From: Candidatus Komeilibacteria bacterium
Lineage (GTDB): Bacteria; Patescibacteriota; Patescibacteriia; UBA1558; 2-01-FULL-52-15
DNA length: 64,000 nucleotides
NCBI GenBank assembly: GCA_043801745.1
Contig: JAZDLR010000016.1
Coordinates: forward strand, 1,535-65,534
Direction of reading: 5' to 3'
A model generated the notes under the pieces. It did not search any database and was not told the DNA's origin. It saw nothing but the letters and a program-made list of their open reading frames with translations. Below, in pieces: positions 40,068 through 48,530 of the stretch. Each line of letters starts with the position of its first letter. Within the stretch, counting starts at the first letter, position 1. The position numbers and the translations under genes are program-made.

Positions 40068-41570
40068 ATGGCTAATAAAGAATTGACCATTGTTTCTGTC
40101 ACGTCAGAACTTGACCCCTATTTCAAAATCGGAGGACTAGGCGACGTGGCCCGAGCTTTACCAAAATCATTGCAACGTCTGAAACAGCACGTTAGCATTT
40201 TCACGCCCTATTACAAATTACGCCTGGATGAAAAAAAATATCCGGTCAAAAAAATTATTGATAGCGCCTCAATCGTAATTGATGACTCGTTTCTTATTAA
40301 AGCCAGTCTTTATCAGGCAGAGTTGGCTCATAAACTGCCCGTCTATTTTGTCTCTATTGATCGCTTCTTTGGCCGCTCAAAAAAAGTTTATTACGGTTCC
40401 AGCACCGACAGTATCCGTTATTTTGCCTTTAATATTGCTGTCTTAGAATTTATCCGTTTACTAAAACTACAACCAGATATTATTCAGTGTCATGATTGGC
40501 CGGCAGGTTTAATTCCAGAACTACTGAAAAAGCGCTATAAAAACGATCCTTTACTTAAGTCGGCTGCTAGCGTTTTTACTATTCATAACCTTAGCTATCA
40601 ATTGGGTCAGGCCTGGTGGAGCATTCCGGTAACCAAAAGAGATAACGGAAGAACCCCCTTGCCATTATTTTCTAACACTGCCGGCGTTAAGCGGATAAAC
40701 TTTACTAAACGCGCCATTCTTTATGCCGATGCTATTAACGCCGTGTCAGAAGCTTACCGTGAAGAAATTATGCAGCCGCACTTTGGCCAAGACCTACATC
40801 GTATTTTACGAAATCGCGAAAACAAGCTCTATGGAGTTGTTAATGGCATTGATTACCACGAATTTAATCCCGCCAACGATCCCAATCTAAAAACTCAATA
40901 TAACTATACGACTATTGAAAAGAAATTAGAAAACAAGCGGGCGCTGCAAAAACGCTGCGGTTTAAAAATTAGCAACGACACTCCGATTATGGTAATGAGC
41001 AGCCGTATTATTGAACAAAAGGGCTTTGATCTATTTTTGCCGTTGCTACCCTACCTGCTACACAAGGACGTGGAAATAATTATTTTGGGAGAAGGGGACA
41101 AAAAATACACCGAACACTTTCAGGCCCTAGCTAAAGCCAACCCCACTCAATTATCATTATTCTCTTTTGATAAGTATTCAGCTTTGGAAACCCTGATGTA
41201 CGCTGGCGGCGACATATTACTACTACCCTCACGGTTTGAACCCTGTGGCACCAATCAACTAAAGGCCCTACGTTATGGTTGTGTGCCTTTGGTGCGGGAA
41301 GTTGGCGGCTTAGGAGAAACAGTCACCAATTACGATCCAAAAACTAACCCCGACGGCATTGGTTTTGTTTTTAATGCCTATAGTTCTCATACATTGATGT
41401 TTACTATAGCCCGCGCTTTGGAAACTTATAAATACCCCGATATTTGGCGTCAATTAATGGTACGCGGAATGAAGGTTTCTTTCTCTTGGGATCTGCCGGC
41501 CAGAAAATACCTTAAACTGTTTCATCTGGCATTAAAGTTTAAGCAAAAAGAAACCACTAATGGTAATTAA
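40068..41570 (+). CDS. glgA: Glycogen synthase (GT5), copy 1
   Basis: KIGGLGDV, CHDW, FTIHNL, PSRFEPCG. Confidence 0.9.
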   Translation: MANKELTIVSVTSELDPYFKIGGLGDVARALPKSLQRLKQHVSIFTPYYKLRLDEKKYPVKKIIDSASIVIDDSFLIKASLYQAELAHKLPVYFVSIDRFFGRSKKVYYGSSTDSIRYFAFNIAVLEFIRLLKLQPDIIQCHDWPAGLIPELLKKRYKNDPLLKSAASVFTIHNLSYQLGQAWWSIPVTKRDNGRTPLPLFSNTAGVKRINFTKRAILYADAINAVSEAYREEIMQPHFGQDLHRILRNRENKLYGVVNGIDYHEFNPANDPNLKTQYNYTTIEKKLENKRALQKRCGLKISNDTPIMVMSSRIIEQKGFDLFLPLLPYLLHKDVEIIILGEGDKKYTEHFQALAKANPTQLSLFSFDKYSALETLMYAGGDILLLPSRFEPCGTNQLKALRYGCVPLVREVGGLGETVTNYDPKTNPDGIGFVFNAYSSHTLMFTIARALETYKYPDIWRQLMVRGMKVSFSWDLPARKYLKLFHLALKFKQKETTNGN

Positions 41571-41576
41571 ACTATT

Positions 41577-42641
41577 ATGATCCTGGACTTTGGCCATTCA
41601 CTGACTGATGTGCCCCGCTTACGGGAAGGAGATTTTTTGCAGGCGGTGGTAACACAAATTTGCCAGCAGTGTTATAGCATCACTGCTCCCGTCAAAGTTG
41701 AATATTTTCACATTTACAAATACCGCTATCATAAACCAGAAAGTTTTTCGGCTGTTATTGGCTGCAAAGTTACCTGGGTCAGTAATTCCGTCAATCATCG
41801 CCTTAAACTTTTCGTTGGTGCCGCCAGCAATGATTCCAAGCTGCGCGCTTATCATAACCTGAACTGGTTGCGCGCCCATGGTTTTGATCAGGGGACCCTG
41901 CAGGTAATAAAACCCATAGTTTATCTAACAGACCTCAAGGCCCTAGTTTATGAAGCTTCTGAAGGTCAAACGCTTTATTGGCACCTTAAGCGCCGCCCAG
42001 CGCCCGAGCAGCTGCTTTGGCCGCTACACTTATCCGCCGAATGGTTAAAAAAACTGCACTCCATCACGGCCACGGACCTGCCACCAACTATGAGTGAAAA
42101 TAATGATCAAGGAATTATTAAAAGTTTAAGGCGAGCGCAAGAAAAATATGGCCAGCTCCAACCAGAGCAAGGAGAAAAATTTACAGCCGTACTTGAAAAA
42201 ATCCACTCCTTCCTGCCTACCACCAATACTTCTGGCTCCTTAATTTACGGCGATTATCATCCGGAAAATATAATTTTTCATGACCTTGAATCCCGTCACC
42301 TAACCATGATCGATTTAAGCGATGTTACCCTGGGCAGCCCTTACCGCGACGTTGGTACTTTTGTTCAACAATTTGATTTTATGTCTCAATCATTTCTGGT
42401 TCGTGAGGACATCAATAGGCTGAAACGTTATTTTATTGAACAGTATACCGGGCTGCCTTTCGACTCTATCCCCGCTAAAGAGATAAATTTAATTAATCTT
42501 TATCAGGCCTTAACAGCCGTGCGTAGCTCGGTTTGGTTATTTGAACCAGAGTCACGCCGCGTCAGCCTGGAATTATTAGATGATGCCCGATTATTAATTG
42601 AAAAGGTGGCCCAAAATCAACATTCTATCAATCTACGCTAA
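41577..42641 (+). CDS. APH/choline-kinase-fold phosphotransferase
   Basis: LKKLH, YGDYHPENI, IDL.D. Confidence 0.8.
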   Translation: MILDFGHSLTDVPRLREGDFLQAVVTQICQQCYSITAPVKVEYFHIYKYRYHKPESFSAVIGCKVTWVSNSVNHRLKLFVGAASNDSKLRAYHNLNWLRAHGFDQGTLQVIKPIVYLTDLKALVYEASEGQTLYWHLKRRPAPEQLLWPLHLSAEWLKKLHSITATDLPPTMSENNDQGIIKSLRRAQEKYGQLQPEQGEKFTAVLEKIHSFLPTTNTSGSLIYGDYHPENIIFHDLESRHLTMIDLSDVTLGSPYRDVGTFVQQFDFMSQSFLVREDINRLKRYFIEQYTGLPFDSIPAKEINLINLYQALTAVRSSVWLFEPESRRVSLELLDDARLLIEKVAQNQHSINLR

Positions 42642-42743
42642 TTAGCTAAGCTACTGGTCATATATTTCACGGTCAATTTCCGCTATAATATCAACGGATT
42701 GACTGCGACTCATTTATAAACATTAAAAGATACCAACGCTCTC

Positions 42744-43643
42744 ATGACTAAAACTATATCCGCTGCCACCAAAATTAAGGGCCCCTTTATTGATCTGCAA
42801 TTCCATTCACATTTCTCCGACGGCTCAAAAAGCCCGACTGAACTGGCTAAAATTATGCACGCCAAGGGCGTGGGCGTGGCCGCCCTGACTGATCACAACA
42901 CCGTTCATGGTCAGTATGAATTTCAAGCCGCCTGTAAACCTTTCAATATTAAGGTCATACCGGCAGTAGAAATCTATGCCCGTTATAAAAAATATAATTT
43001 GCATATCTTGGGCTATAACATTGACCTAAATAACGCCGAATTACATGACTATTTGCGCGAATCCCAGGTAAAACGCAAAAAAATGATTGAGTCTTTGGTG
43101 CCCCTGCTTAAGCGGCGTAGTATCAAGCTAGACATTAGCGTGCTCTTTTCTCAGCCGGCGACTTACATTGGTATGGTTAATATTATCCGTCAAATCCGTA
43201 GTCAGCAAATTAATAAACCTATTTTACGGCGCTTGCTGAAAAAAAATAATTATGATTATTATGAGATCTATAACGCCATATTCTCCCGCCATCAAAGTAC
43301 TCATTTAAGCGAAGTTTACCTGCCATTGGCGGCCGTCGTTCGATTAATTAAACGCTGCGGCGGTGTGCCGGTTATAGCTCACCCCGGACAGCAGTTAGGT
43401 TTTGAACACGATCAAATCGTGCCGGAGCTGAAAAGGGTCGGGGTAGAGGGTATTGAGTGCTTTTCATCTCATCACAATTGGGACCAGACAGCTCATTACA
43501 TTATGTTGGCTGGCCGGCAAAATATGATTATCACCGGCGGTAGTGACTATCACGGTGATCTGCCCGGCGACTACATTGTTGATAATTATCTTAACTATAC
43601 CTCTCTGCCTCTGACTATTTACCAACAGATAAAAAAGTTTTAA
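42744..43643 (+). CDS. PHP-domain phosphoesterase
   Basis: HSHFSDG, ALTDHN, AHP, GGSDYHG. Confidence 0.9.
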   Translation: MTKTISAATKIKGPFIDLQFHSHFSDGSKSPTELAKIMHAKGVGVAALTDHNTVHGQYEFQAACKPFNIKVIPAVEIYARYKKYNLHILGYNIDLNNAELHDYLRESQVKRKKMIESLVPLLKRRSIKLDISVLFSQPATYIGMVNIIRQIRSQQINKPILRRLLKKNNYDYYEIYNAIFSRHQSTHLSEVYLPLAAVVRLIKRCGGVPVIAHPGQQLGFEHDQIVPELKRVGVEGIECFSSHHNWDQTAHYIMLAGRQNMIITGGSDYHGDLPGDYIVDNYLNYTSLPLTIYQQIKKF

Positions 43644-45070
43644 TGCCTATCAAGCCCAGTGTCCTACACGTCGCTGCTGAATGCTCGCCTTTTATTAAAG
43701 TTGGCGGCCTAGCCGATGTTGTTGGTTCATTACCTCAAGCCATAGCTGTTGGCGGCTGGCAGAGTGGCGTTATTTTACCTTGTTATCACCGTTCTCAACT
43801 ACGGAATCTAACTGACGTTACTGCTCAAAAAATTAGCTTAAATTTTTCTGGTGCTCTCACCACTATTACGATCCACCACGGCAAATTGAAAAATAATCCG
43901 GTTGACTATTGGTTTATTGAGCACCCCTTATTATCGCGCCAACATCCTTATAGTAATAATATTCCGGCTGATATTGAAGTCTTTAGCTTTTTCTCTTACT
44001 GCGTTGTAGAACTTTTAGGCTCAATTGTGCCACGACCGGACATTCTCCACTGTCACGATTGGCATACCGGTCTAATACCGACATTGATTGATGCTCGTTA
44101 CCAGCGAGAAAGTACTTGGTCAACAGTACCAACTGTTTTTACTATTCATAACCTGTCCCACCAGGGAATTGGCAGCCACGACATCTTATCTAAAATTAAG
44201 CTGACGCCGGATAAGGAGTTGGCTTTGTTGGAAGCTTATAGTGAGGACCAAATTCTCAATATTCTTAAGGTGGCGATTCTTTCGGCCGACAAAGTTACCA
44301 CCGTCAGCCCAACCTATGCCCGGGAAATTATCCATGGCTCACAAGACTTTGGTTTGGCTCCTTACATTAGGCGCCGTAGGGCAGATTTTCACGGCCTGCT
44401 TAATGGTATTGACGGAAAGATTTTTAATCCTCAGACCGATACGGCAATTTATCGGCGCTTTTCTTCTGCCACCTGGCAACAAGGCAAGGCCACAAATAAA
44501 AAGCGGCTGCGCCAAGAGCTTGGCTTACCAAACAATAATCTGCCCTTGGGAATAATTATTTCCCGTCTAACACCGCAGAAGGGGTTAGATATTTTATTGC
44601 CTCTGCTACCGCGGTTGGCCGAAAAAATGCAGTTGGTAATCCTGGGTCAAGGGGAGACAATTATAGAACAGGAGCTGCGCCTGGCAGCTAAAATCCACCC
44701 CCAGTCGTTAATTTTCCGTCCTCAACTGGATCTTGCTCTGGCACAAAAACTTTACGCCAGCGCCGATATACTTCTTATGCCTTCACGATTTGAGCCGTGC
44801 GGCTTAGGACAGATGATAAGCATGCGTTATGGCACCATTCCTCTTGTCCGCAGCACCGGCGGGCTAAAAGATAGTGTAAAAAACCTGTCTACCGGCTTTA
44901 CTTTCTCCGCCTATTCCTCTGCCGCTCTCTGGTCTTCCCTGCGCCGGACGCTGGCGGTATACCAAACGCCCCAACGCTGGTATACTATAGTTAATCGTTG
45001 TTTACAGCAAGATTTTTCTTGGGCTGCCTCAGCGAAAAATTATCAGAAAATCTATCAACAATTATTATGA
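43643..45070 (+). CDS. glgA: Glycogen synthase (GT5), copy 2
   Basis: KVGGLADV, HCHDWH, TVSPTYA, PSRFEPCGLGQM. Confidence 0.9.
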   Translation: MPIKPSVLHVAAECSPFIKVGGLADVVGSLPQAIAVGGWQSGVILPCYHRSQLRNLTDVTAQKISLNFSGALTTITIHHGKLKNNPVDYWFIEHPLLSRQHPYSNNIPADIEVFSFFSYCVVELLGSIVPRPDILHCHDWHTGLIPTLIDARYQRESTWSTVPTVFTIHNLSHQGIGSHDILSKIKLTPDKELALLEAYSEDQILNILKVAILSADKVTTVSPTYAREIIHGSQDFGLAPYIRRRRADFHGLLNGIDGKIFNPQTDTAIYRRFSSATWQQGKATNKKRLRQELGLPNNNLPLGIIISRLTPQKGLDILLPLLPRLAEKMQLVILGQGETIIEQELRLAAKIHPQSLIFRPQLDLALAQKLYASADILLMPSRFEPCGLGQMISMRYGTIPLVRSTGGLKDSVKNLSTGFTFSAYSSAALWSSLRRTLAVYQTPQRWYTIVNRCLQQDFSWAASAKNYQKIYQQLL

Positions 45071-46014
45071 TCCGTCGACCAGAGATTCGTAAAGATTATA
45101 TTCAAGATAAATACGTTATCATTGCGCCGCGCCGTGGTAAGCGTCCGCGTTTAGTGAGAAAACCCGAGCAACCGCGTCCCTCGCTGAAGGATTCTATCTT
45201 TAGCCCACAAAATATCAACTCCACCCAAGCCCTTTATACTGTCGGCCCAAAAAATAATTGGCGGATTAAGGTTGTACCCAATAAATTCCCGGCCGTTTCC
45301 GTCTCCAACCCCAAAGCTTATGGTCGGCAAGAGGTAATTATTGAGACTCCTAATCCACGGCCGGAATTACACCAATTATCAGTAAAAAATATTGCCGAAC
45401 TTTTGAAAACTTATGGTTTGCGGGCCGATGAATTAGTCAAAGACAAAAAAATTCAGTACATCTTAACTTTCAAAAACGCCGGTGGTGGCTCTGGTGCCTC
45501 TTTGATGCACTCCCATTCACAAATATTCGCTTCTGATTTTATTCCGCCTCACCTGCTGGATAAATCACAAAAATTACAGGAATATAAAATTCGCACCGGC
45601 CGCTGTATTTATTGCGACATCATAAAAAAGGAAATAAAAGGCCCGCGGAAAGTTTATGCCGATAAACATGTTGTCGCCTTCACTCCCTATGCATCGATGT
45701 ATAATTATGAGTGCTGGATTATGCCTCTGCGGCATCATGACAACATTTCTGTGCTTGATCATGAGGAATACTATGCCTGGGCCAAAATCCTAAAACACCT
45801 TCTAAAAAAAGTCGACACTTTAAAACTGGCCTACAATTACTATTTACACCGCGTGATTAATGACAATGACCAACACGTTTACATGAAAATTGTGCCTCGC
45901 GGCGAAATCTGGGGCGGGGTTGAAATTGGTTCGGGCGTGGTAATCAATCCGATTGATCCTGATGAGGCGGCCAAATATTATCGCCGGGGTTTAAATAAGC
46001 GGTCGAGTAAATAA
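45067..46014 (+). CDS. GalT-like HIT nucleotidyltransferase
   Basis: IAPRRGKRP, PNKFP, GASLMHSHSQI, CIYC; ATGA overlap with the upstream gene. Confidence 0.85.
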   Translation: MIRRPEIRKDYIQDKYVIIAPRRGKRPRLVRKPEQPRPSLKDSIFSPQNINSTQALYTVGPKNNWRIKVVPNKFPAVSVSNPKAYGRQEVIIETPNPRPELHQLSVKNIAELLKTYGLRADELVKDKKIQYILTFKNAGGGSGASLMHSHSQIFASDFIPPHLLDKSQKLQEYKIRTGRCIYCDIIKKEIKGPRKVYADKHVVAFTPYASMYNYECWIMPLRHHDNISVLDHEEYYAWAKILKHLLKKVDTLKLAYNYYLHRVINDNDQHVYMKIVPRGEIWGGVEIGSGVVINPIDPDEAAKYYRRGLNKRSSK

Positions 46015-46574
46015 ACAGCACAAATTAGTAGGACCAGAAGAATTAATAGCCCAAGGAAAAATAGTTGAAAAAATTGCGGCGGATACAACTGAATAATCTT
46101 GTCTGTAGCCGAATCAAACTCCCAATTACCGTTAGGAAAAATAAGCTGGTGAGCCGCTCTAAAGAGCGGCTCAAATTGTATTAGGGTTAGTAATCCCAAC
46201 ATTACAATTACTCCACCAACTGTTAAAAAGCCTGGCTCTAAACTTGAAAAAAATTGCTGCCAGCCAGTCCGGCGTTTTATTACTAGAAACGCCGCACCAA
46301 ATAGCAGAATGGTTAACCAAACAATACATTGTTCATTAACTATCAATCGATCAATGTCTTGAACGTGCCTAAGCTCGTTGGCTGATAAATGAAGTAATTC
46401 TATCTCCGAACCGACACGAAAATGATTTAATAAATACATTCTTTCAGCCCGTAACTGTGGGACCTGTCCTAAATAATCAAAAATCAGCCCGTGCCACCAA
46501 GGATTTAATAGTAAGGCCTGAAGTAGCAACAGTATTGTTACTAGGGCGGTTGCGACGCCAAAAAAATACTTCAT
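45978..46574 (-). CDS. DUF1461/TIGR01906-like membrane protein
   Basis: E.RH.QDI, F...HQLIFPNGNW.F...D.II.LYP. Confidence 0.7.
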   Translation of the reverse strand: MKYFFGVATALVTILLLLQALLLNPWWHGLIFDYLGQVPQLRAERMYLLNHFRVGSEIELLHLSANELRHVQDIDRLIVNEQCIVWLTILLFGAAFLVIKRRTGWQQFFSSLEPGFLTVGGVIVMLGLLTLIQFEPLFRAAHQLIFPNGNWEFDSATDKIIQLYPPQFFQLFFLGLLILLVLLICAVYLLDRLFKPRR

Positions 46575-46631
46575 ACTATTACTATATCATGGCCCTATTG
46601 ACAAATCTATCGGATTATTAAATACTAATGT

Positions 46632-47229
46632 TCTGTTCCTTGAGTTATTGGATATTCAGAGACCGTGAACTACTGGCGCCTTGCAATCACCACGACCTCT
46701 CACCAGGTCGTGAAGCTGCGCTAGAATTCGCGGTCTCTCCTTTTTGGCCCTAGGTATCCTGCGATTTCTAACCGGGGGGTTAGACTCTTCTAATCCGTAG
46801 AAAGGAGAAACTACACGTAAGGCCGTCAACGAAACACGTTGGCGGGAAATCCACCTTGTTCCGGTGAGGGAACAAAAAACCATGATTTGCACTAGCACCG
46901 AACGTCAGGAAGACTTCCGGCGGAGAACCTGTACCACCAAGGCGCAAGTTAATCCTCCCTGTGTCTATGGATCGCCCCAGCGGGTCAACTGCCACGGTCT
47001 GGTTGCAGGGTTTACTCCTTGTAAATTTTGCGGCCGGGACATGTACACCGGCAAGACCCGTTCTGACATCCTGAAGGGACTGGAAGAAAAACACGCCCTG
47101 ATGACCGCCCGTTCGGCCCCTAACCTAGCCCAGAGCTAGACGTGCAAATCTCTGAAGCCTCAACCTAGACGGCATCTGGCGTTTCAGAGGCAACAAGTTC
47201 GGGCCCGCTCAGTTTTTTGAGCGGGCCCG
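46632..47229 (+). ncRNA. Candidate structured transcript (leader plus small ORF) of unknown class
   Basis: TTGACA at 46598, several perfect stems, terminal GC hairpin 47200-47229. Confidence 0.45.
46882..47139 (+). CDS. Possible 85-aa Cys-containing protein
   Basis: aaaaaaccATG start, 6 Cys including CKFC; coding status uncertain. Confidence 0.35.
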   Translation: MICTSTERQEDFRRRTCTTKAQVNPPCVYGSPQRVNCHGLVAGFTPCKFCGRDMYTGKTRSDILKGLEEKHALMTARSAPNLAQS

Positions 47230-47254
47230 TTATATTTTCACAGCCAAAAAAAGT

Positions 47255-48463
47255 TTATTTAAGTTTAGTGCGACCGAAACTAACCCTTCGAAATTTTCTG
47301 CCTAGTCGTACAATGTCGCCGCTATCAATGCTGCGCTTAAAGTCCTTAACCTTCTCGTCATTAATATAAACCGCGCCTTCTTCAATCTTTCTTCTGGCTT
47401 CAGAATTTGATGTTGTTAAACCGGCTTTGACCAGAACAGAAATGATGGTTTTTTCCGGCGACAGAATCCTCACTTCTTGAATGTCATCGGGCGCCATTTT
47501 ATTACTGAACTGGTTAATAAAGTTTCGGTGCTGCTTGCTGGCTTCAGATTTATTAAAATAGACAGCCACAATACTAGCGGCCAAAATTAACTTAATGTCC
47601 CGCGGATTAGCCCCTTTTTTCAGCTGGCTTTCGTGTCGCTTTACTTCCTCCAGGGGAACGCGGGTACAATGAATAAAATAGTTAATTATTGCTTCGTCCC
47701 GCAGACTCATAACCCGACCAAACATGTCGCCGGCAGTATCAGTTAAATTAATGGTGTTGCCCCAACTGGAAGACATTTTACGTCCATCAGTGCCTTCAAT
47801 TAAGTTATTCATTAATAAATCCTGCGGCTGTTGTTTATAGTACTGCTGCAGCGCGCGTCCTGACAACAAATTAAAGCGCTGATCAGTCCCCCCCAGCTCA
47901 ACGTCGGCTTTAACCCTAACCGAATCATAGCCCTGCATTAAAGGATAGAGTATTTCGCGCAAGGAGATGCGCTTACCGCTCTTGTAACGCTTAGAGATAT
48001 TTTCCCGAGCCATAAATTCAGCTAAGGAAAACTGATCGGCCTGCTCACCGATTTCCGCGTAATTTAATTTGCCCAGCCATTCAGAATTATGATGCACCTC
48101 GGCTTGAGCTAAATCAATGATTTTGCTGGCCTGCTGTAAATAGGTTTTCAGGTTGCTTTTGACCTGCTGTGGTGTAAGCATCGGCCTTTCGCTCTCTTTG
48201 TCGCTGGTATCACCAATTGTGGCTGTAAAATCACCGACAATAAATACCGCCCTATGGCCCAGTTTTTGAAAATCGCCCAGCTTTAGTAAGGGGATGGAGC
48301 GCCCCAAATGAAGGTTGGGACTGGTCGGGTCAATGCCCAGCTTGACACGTAGCTGCTTGCCAGAACACAGCCGTTGTTCTAAACTTTTACGCTCAATGAC
48401 CTCGGCCACGCCTCGCTCTAAAAGTTCCTTAATTTTTTTCTTATCAGTACTAATTTTGCCCAT
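47255..48463 (-). CDS. tyrS: Tyrosyl-tRNA synthetase
   Basis: GIDPTSPNLHLG, YPLMQGYDS, GGTDQRFN, KMSSS, S4 domain. Confidence 0.96.
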   Translation of the reverse strand: MGKISTDKKKIKELLERGVAEVIERKSLEQRLCSGKQLRVKLGIDPTSPNLHLGRSIPLLKLGDFQKLGHRAVFIVGDFTATIGDTSDKESERPMLTPQQVKSNLKTYLQQASKIIDLAQAEVHHNSEWLGKLNYAEIGEQADQFSLAEFMARENISKRYKSGKRISLREILYPLMQGYDSVRVKADVELGGTDQRFNLLSGRALQQYYKQQPQDLLMNNLIEGTDGRKMSSSWGNTINLTDTAGDMFGRVMSLRDEAIINYFIHCTRVPLEEVKRHESQLKKGANPRDIKLILAASIVAVYFNKSEASKQHRNFINQFSNKMAPDDIQEVRILSPEKTIISVLVKAGLTTSNSEARRKIEEGAVYINDEKVKDFKRSIDSGDIVRLGRKFRRVSFGRTKLK

Positions 48464-48530
48464 AGATTAGCTTAAATATTGTCTTAATTTGCTTTCATTA
48501 TACCTGATTGTTGGCTATAATAAAACAACT

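Noticed and set aside
46632-47229. Identification as tmRNA, RNase P RNA, SRP or a known riboswitch
   Set aside because: No tRNA-like termini, GAGGAAAGUCC or SRP loop consensus seen; a Rfam scan is still needed.
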